Source: a virus (lineage: Duplodnaviria > Caudoviricetes). From it: a DNA stretch of 59,675 bases. The DNA lies in the IMG/VR virus record IMGVR_UViG_3300022752_005293, positions 1 to 59,675 of that record. The stretch is one strand, 5' to 3'. The notes below the pieces were generated by a model. The model saw only the letters and a list, made by a program, of their open reading frames with translations, ran no database searches and was not told the DNA's origin. Below, piece after piece: positions 1 through 9,778 of this stretch; within the stretch, counting starts at the first letter, position 1; each line of letters begins with the position of its first letter. The position numbers were made by a program, and so were the translations under genes.

Positions 1-127
1 ATTAGCAGCTAATTCTGTTTATGCTAATGCTTTACAAGCAAACTCAGTTACAGCAGCAACAATAGCAGCCAATTCTATAACTGCTGTACAATTAGCAGCT
101 AATTCTGTTTATGCTAATGCTTTACAA
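1..127 (+). repeat. Exact 37-bp direct repeat (1-37 and 91-127) within a 30-bp-period coding repeat
   Basis: attagcagctaattctgtttatgctaatgctttacaa occurs twice, 90 bp apart. Confidence 0.9.
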
Positions 128-2731
128 TCTAATTCTGTAACTACCGATTCTTTAGCAGCAAATGCTATAACATCTAAACATATTACTGCGAATACTATAA
201 CTGCATCCATGATTGATAGTAGAGGATTAAGTATAAGAGATGCAACAGGAAATCTATTACTTGGCGCGGGGTCTGGATCTTCAGTAATATTATCCAATGC
301 TATTGTAGTTTCTGATAATACTGGAACTTTGCGAACACTTGCTAACGTAGTTACACAATCGAATTCTAGTGCAATACAATTTATAGGCAATTTTGCTAGC
401 AATGCAGCTGCAGATGCAGCATACGGCGGTAGTGCGCCTATTAATTCTGTATATAAGAATACCACTGATAATATTACTTATATAAAACAAAATAATGGTA
501 CTTGGACACAATTTTTATCAAATGGTGCTACAGGGTCGTCGTCATTTACCGCAGCAATATACCAACAAAGTGCCACAGCTCCTAGTGCGCCATCGGGTGG
601 CTCTTATAATTTTAGTACAAATACTTTAACTCCCCCAGCTGGTTGGTCAATATCCCCTCCAGCTACAACCACCACCCCAACCTACGTTGCAACTTACACT
701 TTTGTGGGCACAGGAACAGTGACAGGGGGTACTTACAATACACCTATTGTTTTTGCGGAACAAAGATCTGACGGCAAAACATATTTTTTAGGTGTAGTAT
801 ATCTTCAACAGTCTGCCGCACCGAGTACTCCTACAGCAGGTACCGGATCATTTAATTTTAGTACAAATACTTTAACTGCTCCGGCTGGTTGGTCAATATC
901 CCAGCCTTCGGCAGCAACAACACCCACGTGGTTTTCGTTTTTTCAGTTTTTTACCACAAATATAAATTCTACTGTGACGGCAGGCACTTGGTCAGCTCCC
1001 GCAAAACTTACTCAGTTGGGCGCCGATGGTGCAGCTGGTGCAAGGGGAAATTATAAAATAGCAAAGGCAGTGTCTTCTTCTACTTGGTCAGATGCTGCAG
1101 CAGATACTGCTATTACAGAATTAGGGCTAACGAAGGTAATTAGAGATGAAGTAACATTATTTAATACTTCTACTAATTTTTCTGATACTAGATTTTGGAC
1201 TGGTTCAGCTTGGTCGACAGTGTCAGCTTACATTAATGGAGGTTTAGTTGTAAATGGCACAATTTCAGCCAATCAATTAGCAGCAGATTCAGTGAATGCG
1301 TCAAAAATACAAGCAGGTGCTATTACTACGGATAAAATGACGGCCGGATCTATAAATGGAGATAGAATTTGCGCTGGAACACTTACTGCTGACAAAATAA
1401 CTTCAGGAACTGCATGTACAGCAGATGGAAGTTTTGCATTGGGTACTGGCGCTTCTATTTGTATAGGCGGATGCAATTTTCCAGCCCAAGCTACTTTTAC
1501 AAATAGTAATAATAATAAATTTACTGGCGCATTTGATTCATCTGCGTGCGCGTTCACACTTGTTGCTGCAAATAGATCAGGCGCTACTGCATCAGGTGTG
1601 CCTTTTGCTTATGGTAAATCTTTGGGTTCAAGTTATAATGGATTATGGAAATCATTAGGAATATTTGGTGATTGTTCTGTAGGAATTACTGCAGTACAAT
1701 ATAATAGTTCAGGAAGTGGACTTACATGTTTTATCGGTGCACAAGGAACAGAAACAAATACATTTATGTATGGTGCATACGGTGCTGCATTAAATACATC
1801 TTCTTTTGCAAGATCGTATGGTTATTCAGGTTTATTTGATGGGACTAATTCATATGGAGGAAGATTCGCTACTCAAATATCTAATGGCATATATAATGTT
1901 CTAACAGATATCTCTCTTTGTAGTTCTGCCTGCAGAGAAGGATTAAGATCAACTGTTAGATGGCCATCGTCAACAACTAAATTGGCTGAGGCAGTTTTAG
2001 CCGTGGATACAGGAACCACGGGATTAGGTAGATACGGAGCAGGAATAGCTCATTATAATTCTTCAGGTGGTGCTTGTTCGGGAGTATTCATAGCAACAGC
2101 TGGCGGGCACTCCATTTATACGTTAGCAGGTACTTTGGGCCCCTTTACAGCATCACATGATGCTTATTTAGGATTAGATATAGAACCCGAACCAGGCGAT
2201 ATCATGGTTGATATAGAAGTAGTGGCTAAAAAATCCATAAGTGATACATTAACGAAGGTTGCTTTATCCTCTTCGCCCAATCAAAAATCTGTAATTGGTG
2301 TTTATACTCATACTATAGATCAAAGTAATCCAAATACGATTCCTGCAGCAGTGACAGTGTATACTATACAAGAAATTGAAGCAGTAACTGCAGAAAGAAT
2401 AGACATGATTACAGGCGAAACTATTACTGAGACAATAATACCAGCTTCAACTAATTCTATTCCTACTCTAGATCCCAATATCGCAGAAATACATTTAAAT
2501 AGTAAGTATATCAATATTAATTCAATAGGTGAAGGGCAATTAAATGTCTGCGGAGAAAATGGTAATATAGAAATAGGCGATTTAATTACCACATCCTCTA
2601 TTCCCGGAAAAGGAATGAAACAATCCGACGACATCATTAGAAACTACACAGTGGGCAAGGCCAGAGAGGCAGTTATCTTTTCCTCACCCGAACAAGTCAA
2701 ACAAATAGCAGTAATCTATTATTGCGGTTAA
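2..2731 (+). CDS. Long tail fibre / receptor-binding protein, 5'-truncated by the window edge; C-terminal intramolecular chaperone (peptidase G2-like) domain
   Basis: Frame is open from position 2 (LAANSVYANA-LQANSVTAAT... 10-aa repeats) into the 209..2731 ORF; S/T/G/A-rich; C-terminal GPFTASHD...NSIGEGQLNVCGENGNIEIGDLITTSSIPGKGMKQ motif typical of autocleaving fibre chaperones; lies just upstream of neck genes. Confidence 0.75.
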   Translation, partial: LAANSVYANALQANSVTAATIAANSITAVQLAANSVYANALQSNSVTTDSLAANAITSKHITANTITASMIDSRGLSIRDATGNLLLGAGSGSSVILSNAIVVSDNTGTLRTLANVVTQSNSSAIQFIGNFASNAAADAAYGGSAPINSVYKNTTDNITYIKQNNGTWTQFLSNGATGSSSFTAAIYQQSATAPSAPSGGSYNFSTNTLTPPAGWSISPPATTTTPTYVATYTFVGTGTVTGGTYNTPIVFAEQRSDGKTYFLGVVYLQQSAAPSTPTAGTGSFNFSTNTLTAPAGWSISQPSAATTPTWFSFFQFFTTNINSTVTAGTWSAPAKLTQLGADGAAGARGNYKIAKAVSSSTWSDAAADTAITELGLTKVIRDEVTLFNTSTNFSDTRFWTGSAWSTVSAYINGGLVVNGTISANQLAADSVNASKIQAGAITTDKMTAGSINGDRICAGTLTADKITSGTACTADGSFALGTGASICIGGCNFPAQATFTNSNNNKFTGAFDSSACAFTLVAANRSGATASGVPFAYGKSLGSSYNGLWKSLGIFGDCSVGITAVQYNSSGSGLTCFIGAQGTETNTFMYGAYGAALNTSSFARSYGYSGLFDGTNSYGGRFATQISNGIYNVLTDISLCSSACREGLRSTVRWPSSTTKLAEAVLAVDTGTTGLGRYGAGIAHYNSSGGACSGVFIATAGGHSIYTLAGTLGPFTASHDAYLGLDIEPEPGDIMVDIEVVAKKSISDTLTKVALSSSPNQKSVIGVYTHTIDQSNPNTIPAAVTVYTIQEIEAVTAERIDMITGETITETIIPASTNSIPTLDPNIAEIHLNSKYININSIGEGQLNVCGENGNIEIGDLITTSSIPGKGMKQSDDIIRNYTVGKAREAVIFSSPEQVKQIAVIYYCG
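608..901 (+). repeat. Internal domain duplication in tail fibre (246-bp / 82-aa period)
   Basis: aattttagtacaaatactttaact at 608-631 and 854-877, both followed by gctggttggtcaatatcc; protein NFSTNTLTxPAGWSIS twice. Confidence 0.85.
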
Positions 2732-2732
2732 A

Positions 2733-3062
2733 ATGGCAGCAACAAAAAATTTAGCTATCGATCAGGGAACTACATTTTCAGATTTTATACTTTATAAAGA
2801 TAAAACTAAAAATGTAATAGATATAACTGGGCTTACTCCAAGAGCCAGTATGAGAAGATCATATTATAGCGCAAATGCTATTACCTTTACTACTATTATT
2901 AATAGTAATAGTGGCGGAAATGTAAATATATCCTTATCTGCTTTTCAAACTGCTAATCTCAAAATAGGTAGATATGTTTATGATGTAGAGTTATTTAATA
3001 CTAATGTAGTATATAGAATACAAGAAGGCATTATAACAGTATTTCCAGAGGTAACAAAATAA
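2733..3062 (+). CDS. Conserved virion structural protein (BppU/LtfC-like Ig-fold) preceding neck genes
   Basis: IDQGTTF...GRYVYDVEL...RIQEGIITVFPEVT pattern, position upstream of gp13. Confidence 0.6.
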   Translation: MAATKNLAIDQGTTFSDFILYKDKTKNVIDITGLTPRASMRRSYYSANAITFTTIINSNSGGNVNISLSAFQTANLKIGRYVYDVELFNTNVVYRIQEGIITVFPEVTK

Positions 3063-3805
3063 TGGCCAAAGTAACTACCAGAGAAGGGCTTAAAGATTAT
3101 TGCTTAAGAGCTCTAGGGCATCCAGTAATTGAAATAAACGTAGATGACGATCAAGTCGAAGATCGTATCGATGAATCATTTCAATTCTATAGAGAATATC
3201 ATTATGATGCCGTTGAATTAGTATATCTTAAGCATCAATTTACTGCTGAAGATATTACAAATCAGTATATAAGCACCAGTGATTTAATCGTAGGTGTAAA
3301 TAGAATTCTTCCTTTAACTAACAGAACTAGGGGAATGAATATATTTGATATTAGATATCAAATACTTATAAATGATTTGTATAGTCTTATGTCTACTGAT
3401 CTAATTTATTATACTCAAGTTAAAATGGAACTTGAACTTATAAATCAATTATTAGTGGGCACTAAACCTGTTAGATTTAATAGACATATTAATCGTTTAT
3501 ACATAGATTGGGATTGGGAAGCAGATATAGCAGCGGAAGATTATGCAATTGTTGAATGCTATAGAATACTTGATCCAAATACGTATACTGATGTGTATGA
3601 TGACTATTTTCTAAAAAAGTATACCACAGCATTAATTAAAAGACAATGGGGAGTAAATCTTAAGAAGTTTTCCGGATTACAACTTCCTGGCGGAGTTATG
3701 CTTAATGGAGATACAATTTATCAAGAAGCAATAGGAGAAATAAAGGCTATTGAGGATGAAATGCAATCTAGATTTGAATTGCCAGTAGATATGTTTGTGG
3801 GCTAA
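3062..3805 (+). CDS. gp13: Neck protein gp13
   Basis: LKDYCLRALGHPVIEINVDDDQVEDRID, KRQWGVNLKKF, LPGGVMLNG motifs; synteny. Confidence 0.93.
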   Translation: MAKVTTREGLKDYCLRALGHPVIEINVDDDQVEDRIDESFQFYREYHYDAVELVYLKHQFTAEDITNQYISTSDLIVGVNRILPLTNRTRGMNIFDIRYQILINDLYSLMSTDLIYYTQVKMELELINQLLVGTKPVRFNRHINRLYIDWDWEADIAAEDYAIVECYRILDPNTYTDVYDDYFLKKYTTALIKRQWGVNLKKFSGLQLPGGVMLNGDTIYQEAIGEIKAIEDEMQSRFELPVDMFVG

Positions 3806-3826
3806 TTATCATTCAGGCTTATAGCA

Positions 3827-3855
3827 ATAATAACATCTGGTCTATAGAAAGTCAA
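3827..3855 (-). promoter_or_regulatory. Candidate sigma70-type promoter on the minus strand (antisense to gp13)
   Basis: Reverse complement reads TTGACT-17 nt-TATTAT with TGn extended -10, filling the gp13/gp14 intergenic gap. Confidence 0.55.
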
Positions 3856-3864
3856 TAGAAAAGA

Positions 3865-4614
3865 ATGACTACAGTTAATCCATATTTTCAATCTGGCATC
3901 CCAATGGGACGCAGATCTGAGCAGCTTTTGATTGAAGATTTAATAATCGAAAGTATGAAAATTTATGGTTTTGAAACTTATTATATACCTAGAAAAACGG
4001 TTAACGAAGATATTATTTTGGGTGAGGATCCACTGCAAAAATTTGACTATGCCTACCCCATAGAAATGTATTTGGAAAATGTTATGGGGTTTGAAGGTGA
4101 TGGTGAGTTATTAACTAAGTTTGGTTTAGAGTTAAGAGACACTGCGAGATTTGTTGTAGCTAGAAGAAGATGGGCTGAAGTCGCTGGCAGATTTGGTAAT
4201 ACTTTAATTGAAACAAGACCTGCTGAAGGCGATCTTATTTATTTTCCTTTAACTAAATCTTTTTTTGAAATACGTAAAGTAAGTGGACAGGATCCTTTTT
4301 TTCAGTTAGGTAAACTCTACGTATTTAAAATGGATTGTGAAATATTTCAATTTTCTGAAGAAAGATTTGATACCGGGATTGAAGAAATTGATGAATTACT
4401 TGATGATAAAAGACTTGATCTTGAGTTATATAAATTCCTTAAAGAAGATGGTAGTGAATTATTATTGGAATACTATTCAGAATCTTCATTAATGTTGGAA
4501 GATTATTCAACCGTAGTAAAAGATAAAGCAGCAGACAATGATGATTTTGATGCAAATATCAACGATATTTTAGATTTTACTGAAAGAAATCCCTTCGGCG
4601 AGATATACAGATAA
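3865..4614 (+). CDS. gp14: Neck protein gp14
   Basis: EQLLIEDLIIESMKIYG, KFGLELRD, RPAEGDLIYFPL, DFTERNPFGE. Confidence 0.93.
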   Translation: MTTVNPYFQSGIPMGRRSEQLLIEDLIIESMKIYGFETYYIPRKTVNEDIILGEDPLQKFDYAYPIEMYLENVMGFEGDGELLTKFGLELRDTARFVVARRRWAEVAGRFGNTLIETRPAEGDLIYFPLTKSFFEIRKVSGQDPFFQLGKLYVFKMDCEIFQFSEERFDTGIEEIDELLDDKRLDLELYKFLKEDGSELLLEYYSESSLMLEDYSTVVKDKAADNDDFDANINDILDFTERNPFGEIYR

Positions 4615-5363
4615 TGTTAGATCAAAAATTTTATTGGGGGACTATTAGAAAATCTATTGTTGCTTTTGGTAATATGTTTAATAATATTACCATAGATAGA
4701 TTGGATGAAAATGGAAATATAGTTCAAACTATAAGAGTACCTTTATCTTATGCCCCAAAACAAAAGTTTATTCAAAGAATAACACAGCAACCAAATATAG
4801 ATGATCAAAATATAGAAGTGTATTTGCCTAGAATGTCTTTTGAAATGATGGGGCTACGATATGATCCTAATAGAAAAATTAGTCCAATTCAACAAAATCG
4901 TGCTATAAATTCTTCTACCACTGCTTTAGCTCAATATGCACCAACGCCTTACAATATAGAAATAAGTTTATATGTATATTCTAAAAATCAAGATGATGGA
5001 TTGCAAATAGTAGAACAAATATTACCATATTTTAATCCAGATTATAACTTAACATTAAAAGCAATATCCACTTTAAATATAAAAAACGATCTTCCAATTT
5101 TACTTGAGAATATCATATATGATGATCAATATGAGGGAGATTTGAGACAAAGAAGATCTATTATTTGGACATTTAATTTTTTGATGAAATTAAATTTTTA
5201 TGGTCCTATAAACAAACAAGGGGTAATCAAACGAGTAATAGCCGATACATTTACAGATAAAGCTCTTACTCAGAAACAACAAACTTATACGGTACAAGTT
5301 GATCCATTATCAGCAACACCTGAGGATGATTTTAATTTTAACGAATCTTTTGAAGATTTCTAA
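4614..5363 (+). CDS. gp15: Tail sheath stabiliser / tail terminator gp15
   Basis: IRKSIVAFGNMFNNI, VPLSYAPKQKF, LPRMSFEM, QIVEQILPYFNP. Confidence 0.93.
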   Translation: MLDQKFYWGTIRKSIVAFGNMFNNITIDRLDENGNIVQTIRVPLSYAPKQKFIQRITQQPNIDDQNIEVYLPRMSFEMMGLRYDPNRKISPIQQNRAINSSTTALAQYAPTPYNIEISLYVYSKNQDDGLQIVEQILPYFNPDYNLTLKAISTLNIKNDLPILLENIIYDDQYEGDLRQRRSIIWTFNFLMKLNFYGPINKQGVIKRVIADTFTDKALTQKQQTYTVQVDPLSATPEDDFNFNESFEDF

Positions 5364-5761
5364 TGAGTAGTATTCCTGAATTAAATAAATTATTTAACAT
5401 TGAAAAAACTAAAAGCGATGAAATGCCTTTAGTTTTGCCTTCAACTAAAATTGAAATGGATAAAGAAGATGACTATCAATTGGCTAGAAATACTTTGCGT
5501 AAATTAATTTTTAAGGGCGAAGATACCCTAGATGAAATGATAAATTTGGCTAAAAATTCTGAACATCCAAGAACATATGAAGTTGCTGGCCAATTAATAA
5601 AAACTATGTCTGATGTAGCAAAAGATCTTATGGTTTTACAAAAGCAAGTAAAAGAATTATCTGTAGATAATGATAAACCTTCTATAGGTACTCAAAATAA
5701 TGTAGTTTTTGCAGGATCTACCGCAGAATTAATGAAACTACTTAAAAAAAATAATGAATAA
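5363..5761 (+). CDS. gp16: Terminase small subunit gp16
   Basis: DDYQLARNTL, SEHPRTYEVAGQLIK, VFAGSTAELMKLLK. Confidence 0.92.
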   Translation: MSSIPELNKLFNIEKTKSDEMPLVLPSTKIEMDKEDDYQLARNTLRKLIFKGEDTLDEMINLAKNSEHPRTYEVAGQLIKTMSDVAKDLMVLQKQVKELSVDNDKPSIGTQNNVVFAGSTAELMKLLKKNNE

Positions 5762-7451
5762 ACGAATAGCTTATAATGGTAACCCTAATCTTAAACAGAT
5801 AGGAACAGTTATCAACTATTCCCCAGAACAAGTACAGGAAATAATAAAGTGTTCTCAAAATCCTATATACTTTATTGAAACTTATTGTATGATTGTTTCA
5901 TTAGATAATGGCCTTGTGCATTTTAAACTTTATGATTGTCAAAAAGAAAAAGTGGAAGTAATACTAAATAATCGTAAAGTTATACTTATGGAAGGCAGAC
6001 AACAAGGAAAAACTATTACTGCTGCTGCTTGTATTCTTTGGTATACCTTATTTCAAGAATCAAAAACTGTTGCAATATTGGCTAATAAATCCTCAGCTGC
6101 AAGAGAGGTACTGCATAGATATCAGGTAATGTATGAAGCTTTGCCTTTATGGATGCAACAAGGTGTAAAGACTTTTAATAAAGGTGATATAGAATTAGAA
6201 AACGGGTCAAGAATTTTTACTGCTGCAACTAGTATGTCTGGTATTCGAGGTAAATCTGTGAATTGGTTATATATTGACGAAGCAGCAATTATTCCTAACA
6301 ATGTTGCTGAAGAATTTTTCACTTCAGTTTATCCAACGATCTCTGCAGGTGAAACTACAAAAATTCTTCTTACTTCCACTCCCTTTGGTTATAATCATTT
6401 TTGGAAATTTTGGAATGACGCCGAACAAAATATAAATGGATTTAAATCTTTATTTGTACCTTATTGGAAAATACCAGGCAGAACAGAGGAATGGGCTAAC
6501 CAACAAAAAGCATTATTGGGTGAACTAAAATTTAATCAAGAAGTACTATGTAAATTTTTGGGATCATCAAATACACTAATTTCTCCAGATGCTATTTCAA
6601 GAATGTCACCGTTGCCCTATATCTTTGAAAATGAAGGATTAGATGTTATTGAGGAACCAATTATTGGGTTATTTAATGATAAAGGCGAAATAGTAAGAAA
6701 ACCGCATACTTATGTTATTTCTGCTGATACATCTAGAGGAGTGGGTGGCGATTATTCTGCATTTACTGTTATAGATGTGACAGAATATCCATTTAGAATA
6801 GTTGCCAAATATAGAAATAATAAAATAAGTCCCATTTTATATGCAACAATACTATATAAAGTTGCAAGAGACTATAATGATGCTTTTTGTTTAGTAGAAA
6901 CTAATGATATAGGACAACAAGTAGTTGATTCTTTATATACTGATTTAGAATATGAAAATATTTTTGCAACAGCTAGTGGTAAATCTAGGCAGTTTTTGTC
7001 AGGAGGATTTGGCACTGGTACAACTCTAGGATTAAGGACAACTACACAAGTTAAAAGACTTGGCTGTTCTTTGTTTAAAAATTTAGTAGAAAATCAAAAG
7101 TTGATAATAACCGATAAAGACATTATATCTGAGATTTCCACGTTTACTGAACAGAGGGGGTCTTTCAAAGCTGATGAAGGATATCATGATGATTTAGTAA
7201 TGTCATTAATTATATTTTCTTGGGCAACTAATGAATTATATTTTAAGGAATTAACTAATTCTAATCTTAGATTAGCTTTGTATGAGCAACAGACTAAACA
7301 AATTGAGGAAAATCTTACTCCGTTTGGTATAGTTAATACAGGTATTCCTGAAGAAGTAAGGCCAGAAAAAATAAATGATGATATTTGGTTTAATCTGAAT
7401 CCAACCGAAGCGATGGAAAAGATGCGAAGAAAAATGCTTGAAAATGTCTAA
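5754..7451 (+). CDS. gp17: Terminase large subunit gp17
   Basis: Walker A GRQQGKT, Walker B LYIDEAA, nuclease ADTSRGVGGDYS and HDDLVM. Confidence 0.96.
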   Translation: MNKRIAYNGNPNLKQIGTVINYSPEQVQEIIKCSQNPIYFIETYCMIVSLDNGLVHFKLYDCQKEKVEVILNNRKVILMEGRQQGKTITAAACILWYTLFQESKTVAILANKSSAAREVLHRYQVMYEALPLWMQQGVKTFNKGDIELENGSRIFTAATSMSGIRGKSVNWLYIDEAAIIPNNVAEEFFTSVYPTISAGETTKILLTSTPFGYNHFWKFWNDAEQNINGFKSLFVPYWKIPGRTEEWANQQKALLGELKFNQEVLCKFLGSSNTLISPDAISRMSPLPYIFENEGLDVIEEPIIGLFNDKGEIVRKPHTYVISADTSRGVGGDYSAFTVIDVTEYPFRIVAKYRNNKISPILYATILYKVARDYNDAFCLVETNDIGQQVVDSLYTDLEYENIFATASGKSRQFLSGGFGTGTTLGLRTTTQVKRLGCSLFKNLVENQKLIITDKDIISEISTFTEQRGSFKADEGYHDDLVMSLIIFSWATNELYFKELTNSNLRLALYEQQTKQIEENLTPFGIVNTGIPEEVRPEKINDDIWFNLNPTEAMEKMRRKMLENV

Positions 7452-7462
7452 AAGCCATTATT

Positions 7463-7470
7463 TATAAATA
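7463..7470 (+). promoter_or_regulatory. T4-type late promoter (gp55-dependent) upstream of gp18
   Basis: TATAAATA in intergenic region. Confidence 0.8.
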
Positions 7471-7521
7471 ATTAGTAATCAAATTGTCATGACGACTTCC
7501 AAAAATCTTTAGGAGATTAAG

Positions 7522-9174
7522 ATGGCATTTCAGCTTTCACCGGGTGTTTTAGTAACTGAAAGAGATGACACACTTAGTGTTCCAAGCGTTTCCACAACTG
7601 CCGGTGGATTTGTAGGGAATTTCCAATGGGGTCCTGTTGATCAGGTAACTCAAATAGATTCAGAAAAAACACTAGTTTCGGTTTTTGGTAAACCAACCAC
7701 AAATACGTATATTTCTTTTTTTACTGCTGCTAATTTTTTATCTTATGGTAATAATTTAAAAGTAATAAGAGCAATAAATGGTAGTAGTAAAAACGCAGCA
7801 TCAAATTCAGCAGTCCTAGTAAGAAATGATGATCATTATGATACAGTTTCCTTTACTAATGCAGGTGAATGGGTAGCAAGATATCCGGGAGTACTTGGTA
7901 ATTCTATAAAAGTATCTATGGCAGATGCTAATACTTTTGTTGCGTGGGCATACAAAACTCAGTTTAGTTCAACATCGCCCAATACATCTAGTTATACAAA
8001 CATTTTAGGCGGCAAGTATGATGAATTACATATTATAGTATTAGATTCAAATGGTACTTGGACTGGTGCGGCCGATACTGTTTTAGAAAAATTTTCATTT
8101 TTATCTAAAGCATCTGATGCTAAAGCATTGGATGGATCTTCAAATTATTACAAAACAGTCATTAATAATACATCTAATTATATAAGATGGGCTAATCATA
8201 CAGCCAACACAAATAATTGGGGAAATGTTTCTGCAGGTACTACATTTGCCAATTTAGCAACTAATATTACTATGACATTAAATGGGGGATCTGATTTTTC
8301 ATCCAATATTGCTGCTATTTTAAATGGATATACAGTTTTATCTAATGATGAATTGTATGATGTAAATTTAATACCAACTGGAGATCTTGATGCAGCCAAT
8401 ATTTCATTTGTAATTAATAATGTTGCAGAAGTAAGAAAAGATTGTATGGTTTTTTCGTCTCCTGGTTTTGTAGATACTGTTAATAATACCACAGCTGTCA
8501 CCAATGTAGTAAATTTTAGAAATAGTCTACCAAGTTCATCTTATGCAGTTTTGGATTCTGGTTACAAATATCAGTATGATAGATATAATGATGTCTATCG
8601 TTGGATACCATTAAACGGAGATATAGCAGGATTAACTGCAAGATCAGATTTTGTTGCTGATCCTTGGTTTTCCCCTGCAGGATTTAATAGAGGGCAAATA
8701 AAGAATGTTGTAAAACTAGCATATTCGCCCTCTAAATCTGACAGAGATACCTTATATAGAGCAGGTGTAAATCCTGTAGTAACTTTTCCTGGACAAGGAA
8801 CTGTATTATTTGGCGACAAAACTTTATTAGCAAGACCAAGCGCTTTTGATAGAATTAACGTCCGTAGATTGTTTATTGTGTTGGAAAAAGCAATAGCAAC
8901 AGCAGCTAAATTTCAATTGTTCGAATTTAATGATGCTTTTACTAGAGCACAATTCAGAAATCTAGTTGAACCTTATTTAAGAGATGTACAAGGTCGCCGA
9001 GGTATTACTGACTTTAGAGTAGTTTGTGATGAAACTAACAATACGGGTGAGGTAATAGATCGAAACGAATTTGTAGCAGATATCTATATTAAACCTGCAA
9101 GATCAATTAATTTTGTTCAATTGAATTTTATTGCTACTAGATCAGGAATTTCTTTTGAAGAAATAGGCGCATAA
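7522..9174 (+). CDS. gp18: Contractile tail sheath protein gp18
   Basis: MAFQLSPGVLVTERD, FQWGP, PWFSPAGFNRG, FDRINVRRLF, IKPARSINF. Confidence 0.96.
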   Translation: MAFQLSPGVLVTERDDTLSVPSVSTTAGGFVGNFQWGPVDQVTQIDSEKTLVSVFGKPTTNTYISFFTAANFLSYGNNLKVIRAINGSSKNAASNSAVLVRNDDHYDTVSFTNAGEWVARYPGVLGNSIKVSMADANTFVAWAYKTQFSSTSPNTSSYTNILGGKYDELHIIVLDSNGTWTGAADTVLEKFSFLSKASDAKALDGSSNYYKTVINNTSNYIRWANHTANTNNWGNVSAGTTFANLATNITMTLNGGSDFSSNIAAILNGYTVLSNDELYDVNLIPTGDLDAANISFVINNVAEVRKDCMVFSSPGFVDTVNNTTAVTNVVNFRNSLPSSSYAVLDSGYKYQYDRYNDVYRWIPLNGDIAGLTARSDFVADPWFSPAGFNRGQIKNVVKLAYSPSKSDRDTLYRAGVNPVVTFPGQGTVLFGDKTLLARPSAFDRINVRRLFIVLEKAIATAAKFQLFEFNDAFTRAQFRNLVEPYLRDVQGRRGITDFRVVCDETNNTGEVIDRNEFVADIYIKPARSINFVQLNFIATRSGISFEEIGA

Positions 9175-9190
9175 ATTAAGGGAGTAATGG

Positions 9191-9772
9191 ATGACAACCG
9201 CATTTAATGTAGATAGATTTAAGTCTGCGCTTACTAATGGGGGCGCTAGACCAAATCAATTCGCAGTTCAGCTAAGTTTCCCTACGTATGTTACGGGGGC
9301 AGCTGCAGCAGTAGCTAGAGCTCCCTTTCTTGTTACAGCAGCAGAACTTCCCGGGCAAACAATGGGACTAGTAAATGTATTTTATAGAGGTAGAGATGTT
9401 AAACTTTCAGGTGATAGAACTTTTGCCGGATTTACTATAAATGTTATAAATGATTCTGATTTTTCTATTCGAAGTGCTATTGAGCAATGGATAAATGGAA
9501 TGGATAATCTTATTAATAAAACTGGTAAATTGAATCCTGCAGAATACCAAAGAGATATGTTTGTTTATCAACTAGATAGAAATGGCAATGTTCTTAAACA
9601 GTATATACTTCAAGGGGCATTTCCAACAATTTTAAGTCCTGTTGGATTAAATTTTGGAGCCAACGATACTATTTCTGAATTTACAGTGACGTTTGAATAT
9701 CAAACTTTTACAGTATCCGCAAATCCATTAAATTCTATAATTGATATTGCCACTACACCTTTTGGAACATAA
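9191..9772 (+). CDS. gp19: Tail tube protein gp19
   Basis: GGARPNQFAV, AELPG, YRGRDVKLSGDRTF, VYQLDRNG, GAFPT. Confidence 0.94.
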   Translation: MTTAFNVDRFKSALTNGGARPNQFAVQLSFPTYVTGAAAAVARAPFLVTAAELPGQTMGLVNVFYRGRDVKLSGDRTFAGFTINVINDSDFSIRSAIEQWINGMDNLINKTGKLNPAEYQRDMFVYQLDRNGNVLKQYILQGAFPTILSPVGLNFGANDTISEFTVTFEYQTFTVSANPLNSIIDIATTPFGT

Positions 9773-9778
9773 TAAAAT

